Below are positions 21,639-34,279 of a DNA stretch of 64,000 bases, piece after piece; within the stretch, counting starts at the first letter, position 1; each line of letters starts with the position of its first letter. The DNA is from Thermoanaerobaculia bacterium (GTDB lineage Bacteria > Acidobacteriota > Thermoanaerobaculia > Multivoradales > Multivoraceae): contig OY762911.1 in assembly GCA_963666565.1 (NCBI GenBank), positions 864,001-928,000 on the forward strand, in the 5' to 3' direction. The translations under genes and the position numbers were made by a program. The notes under the pieces are model-generated. The model made no database searches. It saw only the letters and a list, made by a program, of their open reading frames with translations, and was not told where the DNA came from.

Positions 21639-24260
21639 CTAGTTGACTGGCTCCGCCTCGGCCGCTTCGGCGTCACCGTCCTCTTCTTCCTCGCCGCGAT
21701 CCGGGATGCGAGCCAGGGCGACGATGCGGTCGCCCTCGTCGAGGTCCATCACCTTGACGCCCTGCGTGGCGCGGCCGATCAACGACACGCTGCCGGCCCC
21801 GATGCGGATGATCTTGCCCTGGTGGGTGATCAGCATGAGGCCCGTGTCCTCGCTCACCTCGCGGACGCCGACCACGTCGCCGGTGCGATCGGACACCTTC
21901 AGATTGATGATGCCGAGGCCGCCCCGCGACTGCAGGCGGTACTCGTCGATCGCGGTGCGCTTGCCGAAGCCGTTCTCGCTCACCGTCAGGAGCGTCGTCT
22001 CCGGCGGTCCCGGTTCCGTCCGGGCGCTCGACGGGCGTTCGGACCGGTTCGCCACTGGCGCGGGTTCGCCCGGCCCGGGTTCCGCGGACTCGTCTCGCGG
22101 CAGCAGGCACTCCGCCGACACGACCCGGTCGCCGGGGCGCAGGCCGATCCCGCGCACGCCCCGGGTGGCGCGGCCGAGGGACCTCAGGTCGCTCTCCCGG
22201 AAGCGGATCGCGTTGCCCTTCCGCGTGGCCAGCACGAGTTCGCTGCCGCTGTCCGTCGCCTTGACGGCCAGCAGGCGGTCGCCCTCGTCGATCCGCAGCG
22301 CGATGATGCCGCTGGGGCGCGGCCGCGAGTACTCGGAGAGCGCGGTCTTCTTCACCACGCCGGCTTCGGTCGCGAAGGTCAGGAAGCGGTCCTCGGGAAA
22401 CTCGCGGACGGAGGCCGTGGCGGCGACCGTCTCGCCGCTGTCGAGGCGCAGCAGGTTGACGATCGCCTTGCCGCGCGCCGCCGGACCGAGCTGCGGGATC
22501 TGGTGCACCTTGAGCCAGTAGCAGTGGCCCCGATCGGTGAAGACCATGATGTAGCTGTGGGCGGACGCGACGTAGAGCTGCTCCACGAAGTCGCCGTCGC
22601 GAGTGCTCATGCCGGTCCGGCCCTTGCCGCCGCGGTGCTGCGCGCGGTAGAGGCTGAGCGGCGACCGCTTGATGTAGCCGGACCGGGTGACCGTGATCAC
22701 CATGTCCTCGTCGGCGATCATGTCCTCGATCGTGATGTCCGAGGAATGGGCCACGATCTCGGTGCGCCGCGGATCGCTGTAGCGCTTCTCGATCGCGTCG
22801 AGCTCCGAGCGGATCTCCCGCAGCAGCAACGCGTCGGACCCGAGAATCGCGCGCAGCCGTTCGATCTCGGCCATCAGTTCCCGGTGCTCCTGCTCGATCT
22901 TCTCGCGCTCGAGGCCGGTCAGCCGCTGCAGGCGCATGTCGAGGATCGCCTGGGCCTGGGGCTCGCTCAGGGAGAAGCCCTCGACCAGGCGCTCCTTCGC
23001 TTCCGGCGGCGTGCGGCTGGCGCGGATCGTGGCGATCACCGCGTCCAGGTGGTCCAGCGCGACGAGGAGTCCCTCCAGGATGTGGGCGCGCCGCTCGGCG
23101 CGGGCCAGGTCGTGGCGGCAGCGCCGGATGACGACGGTGCGCCGGTGGTCCAGGAAGTGGCGCAGCAGGTCGCGCAGGGTCAGCACCTGCGGCTGGCTGT
23201 CGACGATCGCCAGCATGTTCATGCCGTAGCTGACCTGCAGCTTGCTCATCTTGTAGAGGGTGTTCAGGACGACCTCCGCCACCTCGCCCCGCTTCAGGTC
23301 GATCACGATCCGGATGCCGTCGCGGTCGGACTCGTCGCGCAGGTCGCGAATGCCCTCCAGCTTCTTCTCGCGCACGAGTTCCGCGATCCGCTCGATCAAC
23401 CGCGCCTTGTTCACCTGGAACGGGATCTCGGTCACGACGATCGACTGCCGGTCCTGGCCGACCTCCACGATCTCGGCGCGGGCGCGCACCTGGATCGAGC
23501 CGCGGCCGGTGGCGTAGGCGCTGCGGATGCCGGCGCGGCCGTGGATGAAGCCGCCGGTCGGGAAGTCCGGCCCGGGCAGCTCCTCCATCAGCTCGTCCAG
23601 GGTCGCCTGGGGACGGTCGATCAGGAGCTTGACGGCGGCCAGCGCCTCGCCCAGGTTGTGGGGCGGGATGTTCGTCGCCATGCCGACCGCGATGCCGGCC
23701 GAGCCGTTGACCAGCAGGTTCGGAATCCGGGCCGGCAGCGGCGAGGGCTCCTGCTCGGAACCGTCGTAGTTCGGCACCCACTCGACGGTGTCCTTGTCGA
23801 TGTCCTCGCGCAGCAGCTCCTCGGCGATCCGGGTCAGCCGGACCTCGGTGTAGCGCATCGCGGCCGGGTTGTCGCCGTCGATCGAGCCGAAGTTGCCCTG
23901 GCCGTCCACCAGGGGATAGCGCATGGAGAAGTCCTGCGCCATGCGCACCACCGTGTCGTAGATCGGCCCGTCGCCGTGCGGGTGGTACTTGCCCATCACG
24001 TCGCCGACGATGCGCGCCGACTTCTTGTAGGCGCGGCCGGCGGTGTTGCCCGCCTCCCACATGCCGTAGAGGACGCGCCGGTGAACCGGCTTGAGACCGT
24101 CCCGCACGTCGGGCAGGGCGCGGCCGATGATCACGCTCATCGCGTAATCGAGGTAGCTCCGGCGCATCTCGCGCTCGAGCTGCACCGGCACGGTGTCCCG
24201 GCCCGGCGACGGAGGCTCGGGCGGCCCAGGCGGCCGGGTGGGATCTTCGCCGTTGCTCAC
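21639..24260 (-). CDS. gyrA: DNA gyrase subunit A
   Basis: [26 protein letters not shown], GyrA-box QHRGGKG. Confidence 0.97.
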   Translation of the reverse strand: MSNGEDPTRPPGPPEPPSPGRDTVPVQLEREMRRSYLDYAMSVIIGRALPDVRDGLKPVHRRVLYGMWEAGNTAGRAYKKSARIVGDVMGKYHPHGDGPIYDTVVRMAQDFSMRYPLVDGQGNFGSIDGDNPAAMRYTEVRLTRIAEELLREDIDKDTVEWVPNYDGSEQEPSPLPARIPNLLVNGSAGIAVGMATNIPPHNLGEALAAVKLLIDRPQATLDELMEELPGPDFPTGGFIHGRAGIRSAYATGRGSIQVRARAEIVEVGQDRQSIVVTEIPFQVNKARLIERIAELVREKKLEGIRDLRDESDRDGIRIVIDLKRGEVAEVVLNTLYKMSKLQVSYGMNMLAIVDSQPQVLTLRDLLRHFLDHRRTVVIRRCRHDLARAERRAHILEGLLVALDHLDAVIATIRASRTPPEAKERLVEGFSLSEPQAQAILDMRLQRLTGLEREKIEQEHRELMAEIERLRAILGSDALLLREIRSELDAIEKRYSDPRRTEIVAHSSDITIEDMIADEDMVITVTRSGYIKRSPLSLYRAQHRGGKGRTGMSTRDGDFVEQLYVASAHSYIMVFTDRGHCYWLKVHQIPQLGPAARGKAIVNLLRLDSGETVAATASVREFPEDRFLTFATEAGVVKKTALSEYSRPRPSGIIALRIDEGDRLLAVKATDSGSELVLATRKGNAIRFRESDLRSLGRATRGVRGIGLRPGDRVVSAECLLPRDESAEPGPGEPAPVANRSERPSSARTEPGPPETTLLTVSENGFGKRTAIDEYRLQSRGGLGIINLKVSDRTGDVVGVREVSEDTGLMLITHQGKIIRIGAGSVSLIGRATQGVKVMDLDEGDRIVALARIPDRGEEEEDGDAEAAEAEPVN

Positions 24261-24270
24261 GGTCGGCCCG

Positions 24271-26826
<2,556 letters not shown>

Positions 26827-26913
26827 CTATCTGAAAACAGGAGGTTTAGAAGAACGCCTCCGGCTTCCGCCCGCGGCGGGAGAACGCCAGGTCTTCGGCG
26901 GAGCTCCGGCGCC

Positions 26914-28026
26914 TCAGATCCGCATCGGCATGATCACGCACAGGTAGCGATGATCCTGCCCGCCGACCGGCTGCCCGAGGCACTGGCTGTTCTCGTCCTT
27001 GAGCGCGAATTCGACCTGATCCGTGTCCACCGCGGACAGGAAATCCCGCACGTAGGCGGGGTTCAGGCCGATGTCCAGCTTCTCCGCCTCGTAGTCGCAG
27101 GCGAGGTTCTCCTCCGCCTCGCCCAGGTCCGGATTCGACGACGACACCCGCAGCGATTGCGGCTCGAAACCGAGCCGGACCATGGGCGCCCGGTCGCCGG
27201 TCAGCAGGGAGACCCGGTGGACCACGTCGGAGAGCGCGTTGCGGTCGAAGGTGGCCTTGCGGTCGTTGTCCTTGGAGATGACCTTCTCGTAGTCCGGGAA
27301 GGTGCCCTCGAGGATGCGACAGGTGAGCTCGCGCCGGCCGATGACGAAGCCGAGGTGGTGCTCGCCGCGGCCGAACCGGATCGTCTCCTCGCTGTCGAAC
27401 CGCATCAGTTCGAGCAGCGCCTTGCGCGGCGCCAGAACGCCGTCCGCCTCGGCGACGCCGGGCATCTCGGCCTCGATCAGGGCCAGGCGATGGCCGTCCG
27501 TCGCCACCAGTTCGACCTTGCCGTCCTTCAGCTTCAGCAGGGCGCCGTTCAACTGGAACCGGGACTCTTCCGCCGAGACGGCGAAGATCACCTTGCCGAT
27601 CATCCGCTTGACGTCCGCGAACGGCGCCTCGAACGAGGAGGACGACGACTCCTGGTCGACAGTGGTCAGCGTCGGGAAGTCCTCGGCCGAGAGGCCGTTG
27701 ATGCGGAACTTCGACGACCCGGAGTCGATGTGGAGCGAGTTGGAGTCGCCGGTCGACAGTTCGATCGGCCCGTCGCCCAGGGCCCGGACGATCTCGAGGA
27801 ACTTGCGGGCCTGCACGGCCGTCGCGCCGGCTTCGCAACTGCCTTCCTCCGCGGCGCACCAGGAGGTGAGCGACACGTCCAGGTCGGTGGCGGCAAGCTC
27901 CAGGCGGTCGTCGCGGACGGTCAGGAGGAGATGGGAGAGGACCGGAATCGTCGATCTGCTCTCGACGATCCCCCGCATCGCCGCGAGTTCGGTCAGTAGT
28001 TCTCGTCGTTCAACTCGGGTCTTCAT
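26914..28026 (-). CDS. dnaN: DNA polymerase III beta clamp
   Basis: TIPVLS, ATDLD, ATDGHRLA, GTFPDY, C-terminal VIMPMRI; AGGAGG RBS. Confidence 0.97.
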   Translation of the reverse strand: MKTRVERRELLTELAAMRGIVESRSTIPVLSHLLLTVRDDRLELAATDLDVSLTSWCAAEEGSCEAGATAVQARKFLEIVRALGDGPIELSTGDSNSLHIDSGSSKFRINGLSAEDFPTLTTVDQESSSSSFEAPFADVKRMIGKVIFAVSAEESRFQLNGALLKLKDGKVELVATDGHRLALIEAEMPGVAEADGVLAPRKALLELMRFDSEETIRFGRGEHHLGFVIGRRELTCRILEGTFPDYEKVISKDNDRKATFDRNALSDVVHRVSLLTGDRAPMVRLGFEPQSLRVSSSNPDLGEAEENLACDYEAEKLDIGLNPAYVRDFLSAVDTDQVEFALKDENSQCLGQPVGGQDHRYLCVIMPMRI

Positions 28027-28029
28027 CTA

Positions 28030-28200
28030 TCTCCTCCTGGAAGAGAAATATACACCAACAGAACAGCCGTAGAAGGGGCCGGAAGGAAGCGCGGAAATCT
28101 GTCATAAATCCTTTACAATCAAACACTTGAGATAGCCGGTACGCGGTCGGCGGAGAGCGGACGGAGCGGCGGATGGATTGTGCATTCTGCGGACTTCGGG
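28030..28200. other. Probable oriC unwinding region (dnaA-dnaN intergenic)
   Basis: AT-rich island in GC-rich DNA; IHF consensus AATCAA-ACAC-TTG at 28117-28129; TAGAAG-GGGCC trio-like/GC-clamp motif next to dnaN; DnaA boxes only degenerate. Confidence 0.6.
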
Positions 28201-28375
28201 CGCCTGGCCGCGGCCGGCGGCGATTCTCTCCGCAGACCGGCCGAAACGGATGACCCGGAGATCCGCCGCCGCTTCGAGGATCCCTTCGCGGTTCATCCGC
28301 CGCAATTCCGCAGGCTCTGACGCGCGAGCGCGCCGGCCGGGTTCGTTTCCGGGCGCGGCGACGGCGGCTCTACGC

Positions 28376-29725
28376 TCAGCCGCCGAGCTGGCGGGTGAAG
28401 CGCTCCAGTTGAGCGGCCAGGCGTTCGTCCTCCGAGCGCCGGCGCTCGATCTGCTCGACGGAGTACATGACGGTCGAGTGGTGCTTGCCGTTGAAGATCC
28501 TCCCGATCTCCGGATAGGAGACCTCGGTCAGGCGCTTGCAGAGGTACATGGCGATCTGCCGCGGATAGGTGATCTGCCGGGAGTTGCTCTTGCTCTTGAT
28601 CTCGCGGACCTTCAGGCCGTAGTGGTGGGCCACCGTCTTGACGATCTGCGCGGGGGCGATCGGGCGGTCGGTTTCCGGCAGCACGTCGCGCAGCGCTTCC
28701 TTGGCGAATTCGAGGTCGAGAGGCACGCCGGACAGCGAGGCGAAGGCGGTGACGCGGTTGAGCAGGCCCTCGAGTTCCCGCACGTTCGAGTGAACCTGCC
28801 GGGCGATGAACATGGCGACGTCGGTGTCCAGGTCCAGGCCCTTCAACTGTCGCGCCTTGCGCTGGAGGATGGCGACCTTGGTCTCCAGGTCGGGCGGCTG
28901 GATGTCGGCGAGGAGACCGGAGCCGAAGCGGCTGCGCAGACGCTCTTCGATGTCCGCGAGGTCGCGCGGCTGCGCGTCCGAGGTGACGATGATCTGCTTC
29001 TGCCGCGTGTAGAGCACGTTGAAGGTGTGGAAGAACTCCTCCTGGGACCGCTCCTTCCTGGCCAGGAACTGGATGTCGTCCATCAGCAGCACGTCGATCG
29101 TCCGGTAGCGCTCCCGGAAGGCGGGCATGCGCTCGAACCGGATGGAGGTGATCAGGTCGTTCACGAAGTCCTCGGCGGCCAGATAGACGACCCGGGTGCC
29201 GGGCGCCGCGCGCTTGAGGCGGTTCCCGATCGCGTGCAGGAGGTGAGTCTTGCCCAGGCCGACGCCACCGTAGAGGAAGAGCGGGTTGTACGCGATGCCG
29301 GGCTTCTCGGCCACGGCTTCGGAGGCGGCGCTGGCGAACCGGTTCGAGTTGCCGACGACGAAGGAGTTGAATCGGTACTGGGGGTTGAGCGAGCTGCTCG
29401 GCGCAACTTCCGGTTCCGGCGCGGAACGGCCGGCGCGCGGCCGTTGCCGCGACGCGGCGGGCGCTTCGGCCCGGGCGGCCCGCGACTCGCCGCTCCTGAA
29501 GAGGACCTGGTAGGTCGGCCCCTTGAGATCGGCGATCGCCCAGTCGACGATGGGCCGGAAGCCCTCCTCGAGCGCCTCGACGAAGCGCGGATTCGGCGCT
29601 TCGAGAACGATATGTTCGGCGTCTTCGGACGCCACCCTCAGGGGGTGGAACCAGGTGCGGAAGTCCTCGGCGGGGAGGTCCGCCCGCAACTGCCGGCGTA
29701 GAGTCGGCCAGACGGAGCTAGGCAC
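28376..29725 (-). CDS. dnaA: Chromosomal replication initiator DnaA
   Basis: LNPQYRF, YNPLFLYGGVGLGKTHL, DDIQF, QEEFFHTFN, RLRSRF, NVRELEG; GTG start chosen by eye. Confidence 0.97.
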   Translation of the reverse strand: MPSSVWPTLRRQLRADLPAEDFRTWFHPLRVASEDAEHIVLEAPNPRFVEALEEGFRPIVDWAIADLKGPTYQVLFRSGESRAARAEAPAASRQRPRAGRSAPEPEVAPSSSLNPQYRFNSFVVGNSNRFASAASEAVAEKPGIAYNPLFLYGGVGLGKTHLLHAIGNRLKRAAPGTRVVYLAAEDFVNDLITSIRFERMPAFRERYRTIDVLLMDDIQFLARKERSQEEFFHTFNVLYTRQKQIIVTSDAQPRDLADIEERLRSRFGSGLLADIQPPDLETKVAILQRKARQLKGLDLDTDVAMFIARQVHSNVRELEGLLNRVTAFASLSGVPLDLEFAKEALRDVLPETDRPIAPAQIVKTVAHHYGLKVREIKSKSNSRQITYPRQIAMYLCKRLTEVSYPEIGRIFNGKHHSTVMYSVEQIERRRSEDERLAAQLERFTRQLGG

Positions 29726-29926
29726 GATCCCCGTTCCCGATGGCGCCGAGAAGACCCATGGTCCAACCGAGCACGGCGAGATCCGTGCCCGTTCGCTCCG
29801 CTGTGCCCGCTTGTTCTGTTGCTGTTCCGAACCGTCCGAACCGACGCACCTGTCCCCCGCATCCCACGCGCACCACCACCCACTCTCCGGGCAGGGAACC
29901 ACACCCCCGCGGAGCTACGTTCCGCA

Positions 29927-29951
29927 GCTTTTCCGCACAATGTGGAAAAGC
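29927..29951. promoter_or_regulatory. Inverted pair of DnaA-box-like sites upstream of dnaA
   Basis: GCTTTTCCGCA-CAA-TGTGGAAAAGC; TGTGGAAAA has one mismatch to TGTGGATAA. Confidence 0.55.
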
Positions 29952-30153
29952 CTTGGAAGACCAGCGAAGAGACTCGGGGCAGACAGCACCGGCGGGCTGC
30001 CTGTTGGCCTCACGCCGGGTGGCCTCCGTTGCGCGAGAAGCGCAGGATAGCAGCGGGATCCGGCTTCAACAAGGGGCGTCCAGGCACTTTCTTCACGTTT
30101 TCTCGAAGGGGCGCGCGGCGCCGCCGGCCGCGCGGACGCCAAGGTCCTGACCT

Positions 30154-31308
30154 GTGTTGCAGTTAGCCGAACCGGAGGGGTTGCGGGGCCCGCTGCTGGC
30201 CTGGTTCGACCGCTGCCGGCGCGATCTCGCCTGGCGGCGATCCGAGGATCCGTACGAGATTCTGGTCGCCGAGATCATGCTCCAGCAGACCCGGAGCGAG
30301 GTCGTGGCGACCCGCTACGAGGACTTCCTGGCGCGGTTCCCCAGTCTGGCCGCGCTGGCGGCGGCGCCGGTGGAGTCGGTCGAGGCCGCGTGGTCGGGGC
30401 TCGGCTACTACCGTCGCGCCCGCAATCTCCACCGCGCGGCCGGGATCCTGGCTGAGCGGGGAGCGTTGCCAGGTAGCGCCGCGGAGTGGGCGGAACTGCC
30501 GGGAATCGGCGCCTACACCTCCGCGCTGCTCGCGAGCCGCTGCTGCGGGGAGGCGTCGCCGGTGCTCGACGGCAACGTCGAACGGGTACTGAGCCGGTTC
30601 CTGGCGTCCGCGGCGCCGCCGAAGCGCGCGGCGGCCAGGCGCGGCCTGTTGGCAACGGCGGCCCGGCTGCTGGACCCGGTCCGGCCGGGGGACTCGAACC
30701 AGGCGCTGATGGAACTCGGTTCCCTGGTCTGCCGGCGCGGCGCGCCGGATTGCGTTGCGTGTCCGCTCGCGGCGGGTTGCCGGGCGTTCCGGTCGCCCGG
30801 TCTCGATCCGTTGGCCTTTCCCGTTTCCGGGCCGCGGCGCGCCCGGGAGACCCGCCACTGCTTCACGGCCGTCGTCCGGCGCGGCGAGGGCGTGCTGCTT
30901 CATCGACGGCCGGGCGGCGCGGAGTGGCTGGCCGGCCGCTGGCACCTGCCGACGGTGGAGCTTGCGAACGGCGACGAATCGAGCCGAGCCGCGGAGTTGC
31001 TGGGCCGGGAGTTCGGCGGCGCCTGGGAGTGCGGCGCGCGAGAGGTCGTCGTGCGCCACGCCGTGACCTACAGGGACTTCGTGGTGCGCGCGGCGCTCGC
31101 CCGCTGGCGCCCGCCGCGGGGGGCCGGCGATGGCGGTCGCCGCGGGGGGTCGGCGGATCGCGGGGTCCTGGCGTGGTTCGGTCCCGAGGAGATCGCCGGG
31201 TTGCCGACCTCTTCCCTGCTGCGGAAGACCCTCGACCGGCTGGCCGCGGCCGGCGTCGGCGCCGGAAGGGCACGAACTCCCGGCCCACCCATACACTCCG
31301 GGCCATGA
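30154..31308 (+). CDS. mutY: A/G-specific adenine glycosylase
   Basis: EIMLQQT, WSGLGYYRRARNLH, LPGIGAYT, DGNVERV, NQALMELG, 4Fe-4S CxxxxxxCxxCxxxxxC motif. Confidence 0.93.
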   Translation: MLQLAEPEGLRGPLLAWFDRCRRDLAWRRSEDPYEILVAEIMLQQTRSEVVATRYEDFLARFPSLAALAAAPVESVEAAWSGLGYYRRARNLHRAAGILAERGALPGSAAEWAELPGIGAYTSALLASRCCGEASPVLDGNVERVLSRFLASAAPPKRAAARRGLLATAARLLDPVRPGDSNQALMELGSLVCRRGAPDCVACPLAAGCRAFRSPGLDPLAFPVSGPRRARETRHCFTAVVRRGEGVLLHRRPGGAEWLAGRWHLPTVELANGDESSRAAELLGREFGGAWECGAREVVVRHAVTYRDFVVRAALARWRPPRGAGDGGRRGGSADRGVLAWFGPEEIAGLPTSSLLRKTLDRLAAAGVGAGRARTPGPPIHSGP

Positions 31309-32675
31309 CGACGACGGAGCGCCCGCCGAGGATCCCGTTCGTCGACCTGGCGGCGCAGTCGAGGCGGCTCCGGCCGGAGATCGACCGCCGGATCGGCGCG
31401 GTGCTCGACCACGGCCGCTACGTCATGGGGCCGGAGGTCGAGGAACTGGAGGCGGAGCTGGGCCGTTGGGGCGGAGGCGTGTCCGCGGTGGCGGTCTCGA
31501 GCGGCTCGGACGCCCTGCTGATCGCCCTGCTGGCTCTCGGCGTCGGCGCGGGCGGCAGCGGCCGGGAAGGTACGCGCGCCGCCGCCGCGCGGCAGCGCCG
31601 CGCCGAGCGCCGGCCGGACGCCGTGTTCGTGCCGGCCTTCACCTTCACGGCGACCGCCGAAGTCGTGCTGCTCGCGGGCGCCGTGCCGGTCTTCGTCGAC
31701 GTGCGCGAGGAGGACTTCCTGATCGACATGGAGTCGCTCGACCTCGAGTACGAACGCGTCCTGGCCGCGGGCGGCGCGACGCCGAAGGCCGTGATCCCGG
31801 TGGACCTGTTCGGCGTGCCGGTGGCCGAGGATCCGCTGGCGGAGTGGGCGGCCGCGAGGAACCTCGCGGTGATAGCGGACGCGGCCCAGAGTTTCGGCGC
31901 GCGCCTGGACGGGCGGCCGGTCGGCTCGCTGGCGGCGGTCACGACCACCAGCTTCTATCCCGCCAAGCCCCTCGGCTGCTACGGCGACGGCGGCGCGGTG
32001 CTCTGCACCGAAGAGGCGACCGCCGAGGTCGTCCGCTCCATCCGCGAGCACGGCCAGAGCGCCGGCCGCTACGACATCGTGCGGCTGGGCGTGAACGGCC
32101 GCCTGGACAGCATGCAGGCCGCCGTGCTGCTGGCGAAGCTGGGGATCTTCGAGCAGGAACTGGCGGCCCGTCGCGCCGTCGCGGCGGGATACGACGAGCG
32201 TCTGGCGGCGGCCGCGGCGTCGACGGCGGCGGCCTGGCGCGTCCGGACCCCGGCGCTCGGCGCCGGCGTCGAGTCGAGCTGGGCGCAGTACACGCTCCGC
32301 GTCGACGGCTCCGATGGCCCGGACGGCTCCGACGGCTCCCACGGCCGCGACGACTCCGACGGCCGCGATGGCGCCGATGGGCGCGACGGCGCCGATGGGC
32401 GCGACGGCGCCGATGGCCGCACGTGGTCGTCGTCGCGGGACGCCCTGAGGGCCCATCTGGATCGGGCCGGCATCCCGACCGCCGTCTACTACCCGCGCCC
32501 GATGCACCTGCAGCCCGCGTACGAGCGCCACGGCCGCGGCGCCGGCTCGCTGCCGGTCAGCGAGCGCCTGGCGGACCGCGTCGTCAGCCTGCCGATGCAC
32601 CCGTACCTCGACCAGATCGCCCTCGACCGCATCTGCGAGCGGATCGCGAGCTGGCATGGAACCGGCCGCTGGTAG
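31305..32675 (+). CDS. DegT/DnrJ/EryC1/StrS PLP-dependent sugar aminotransferase
   Basis: IPFVDL, PAFTFTATAE, DAAQSFGA, SFYPAKPLGCYGDGG, NGRLDSMQAA, SLPMHP. Confidence 0.92.
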   Translation: MTTTERPPRIPFVDLAAQSRRLRPEIDRRIGAVLDHGRYVMGPEVEELEAELGRWGGGVSAVAVSSGSDALLIALLALGVGAGGSGREGTRAAAARQRRAERRPDAVFVPAFTFTATAEVVLLAGAVPVFVDVREEDFLIDMESLDLEYERVLAAGGATPKAVIPVDLFGVPVAEDPLAEWAAARNLAVIADAAQSFGARLDGRPVGSLAAVTTTSFYPAKPLGCYGDGGAVLCTEEATAEVVRSIREHGQSAGRYDIVRLGVNGRLDSMQAAVLLAKLGIFEQELAARRAVAAGYDERLAAAAASTAAAWRVRTPALGAGVESSWAQYTLRVDGSDGPDGSDGSHGRDDSDGRDGADGRDGADGRDGADGRTWSSSRDALRAHLDRAGIPTAVYYPRPMHLQPAYERHGRGAGSLPVSERLADRVVSLPMHPYLDQIALDRICERIASWHGTGRW

Positions 32676-32716
32676 CTTGCGCCGCGGAACGCAGCGAAGC
32701 GGCGTCGGCTGACACG

Positions 32717-34003
32717 GTGAGCTCGCCCGGACTCGAGAACGGCCGCCTGTTGCCGGAGATACGGACGCCGCCGCCCGGTCCCCGCGCCCGGGCGATGGCC
32801 GGCCGCCTCGAGAAGTCCGAGGCGCCGGGGATCAACACCCTGGTGAGCGGGGCCACGGCGATCCTGTGGGCCGAAGCCGTGGGCAGCAACGTCCTCGACG
32901 TGGACGGCAACCGCTACGTCGACCTCACCGCCGGCTTCGGCGTGGCGGCCGTCGGCCATCGCCACCCGGCGGTCGTCTCGGCCGTCGAGCGGCAGGCCGG
33001 AAGGCTCGTCCACGGGCTGGGCGACGTCTACGCCCATCCGGTCCGCGTCGAGCTCGCCGAGCGCCTGTGCGCGCTCGCGCCGCTTCCGGACCCGAGGGTC
33101 TACTTCGCCGTGTCCGGCGCCGACGCCGTCGAGATAGCGCTCAAGACGGGCCGCCTGCACAGCGGCCGCCCGGGGGTGCTGGCGTTCGACCCCGCCTATC
33201 ACGGGACCACCCTCGGCGCCCTGGCCGCCGCCTCCAGGCCGGCCTTTCGCGAGCCCTTCGCCGAGCCCCTCGAAGGACTCGTTCATCGCCTGCCGTACGG
33301 CGCGCCGGCGGAACGGATCGAGGAAGCGCTCGACCGGCATCCCGCCATCGGGACCTGCCTGGTGGAACCGGTCGTCGGCCGCGAGGCGACCCGCTGGCCC
33401 CCGCCCGGCTGGCTCGCGGCCCTCGCCGAGCTCTGCCGCCGGCACGGCGTCGTCCTCGCCGTCGACGAGATTTTCACCGGCTTCGGCCGCTGCGGCGCCT
33501 GGTTCGTCTGCCGCGAAGCCGGCGTCGAGCCGGACCTCCTCTGCTGCGGCAAGGCCCTCGGCGGCGGCCTCCCCATCGCCGCCGTCCTCGGCAGGAAGGA
33601 CGTCATGGACGCCTGGCGAACCGACGGCGAAGCCCGCCACACCGCCACCTTCGTCGCCCACCCCCTCGCCTGCGCCGCCGCCCTGGCCACCCTTGAGACG
33701 ATCGAGACCGAAGGCCTCATCGACCGCGCCCGCATTCTGGGCGACCGCTTCGCCCGCGCCCTCGAACCCCTCCGGCGCCGCCCCGGCGTCGCCGACCTCC
33801 GCGGCCAGGGCCTCCTCCACGCCATCGAACTCGACTCCCCCGCCGCCGCCCGCGCCCTCAGCCGCAACCTCCTCCACCGAGGCCTCATCGGCCTCGCCGG
33901 CGGCGCCACCGGCGCCGTCCTCCAGATCGCACCGCCCCTCGCCATCACCGAACGGCAACTCGACCACGCCGCAGCTGTCCTGTGCGAAGTCGTTGGCAAG
34001 TAG
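32717..34003 (+). CDS. Class III PLP aminotransferase (GabT/ArgD-like)
   Basis: DVDGNRYVDL, GHRHP, SGADAVEIALK, DEIFTGFGRCG, GKALGGG, RGQGL. Confidence 0.9.
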   Translation: MSSPGLENGRLLPEIRTPPPGPRARAMAGRLEKSEAPGINTLVSGATAILWAEAVGSNVLDVDGNRYVDLTAGFGVAAVGHRHPAVVSAVERQAGRLVHGLGDVYAHPVRVELAERLCALAPLPDPRVYFAVSGADAVEIALKTGRLHSGRPGVLAFDPAYHGTTLGALAAASRPAFREPFAEPLEGLVHRLPYGAPAERIEEALDRHPAIGTCLVEPVVGREATRWPPPGWLAALAELCRRHGVVLAVDEIFTGFGRCGAWFVCREAGVEPDLLCCGKALGGGLPIAAVLGRKDVMDAWRTDGEARHTATFVAHPLACAAALATLETIETEGLIDRARILGDRFARALEPLRRRPGVADLRGQGLLHAIELDSPAAARALSRNLLHRGLIGLAGGATGAVLQIAPPLAITERQLDHAAAVLCEVVGK

Positions 34004-34091
34004 GCCGTCCAGATTGGGACTCTGGATCCCGTTAGTCCCTCATACGCCGCTTGCCTCCGAGGCCCAACTCAACGGCGCGCACCACCGAAAT

Positions 34092-34274
34092 CGTCCAGCC
34101 CGCGGAGGTGCGGGGGAGGGGCCCCAGCGGGCTGGAGGCAAGCGTCTCCCCGGACCGTCGCGTTGACCGACAACGCAGCGCAGCGCAGCCGACCGAAGCG
34201 AGCGCTGGCTCCCCATTCCCCGATCAAGCGCGAGCGTCCGCTGGGGCCCCTCCCCCGCACCTCCGCGGGCGGGT
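34092..34274 (-). repeat. Structured repeat family A, copy A4 (183 bp)
   Basis: Perfect stem GCCCGCGGAGGTGCGGGGGAGGGGCCCCAGCGG / CCGCTGGGGCCCCTCCCCCGCACCTCCGCGGGC; minus strand carries ACGCTCGCGCT, GCGCTCGCTTCGGTCGGCTGCGCT and CGCTTGCCTCC. Confidence 0.88.
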
Positions 34275-34279
34275 GCAAC

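Noticed and set aside
34092-34274. Family-A hairpins as simple intrinsic terminators
   Set aside because: The stems enclose about 110 nt of conserved interior and lack U-tracts, although they could still affect termination or mRNA stability.
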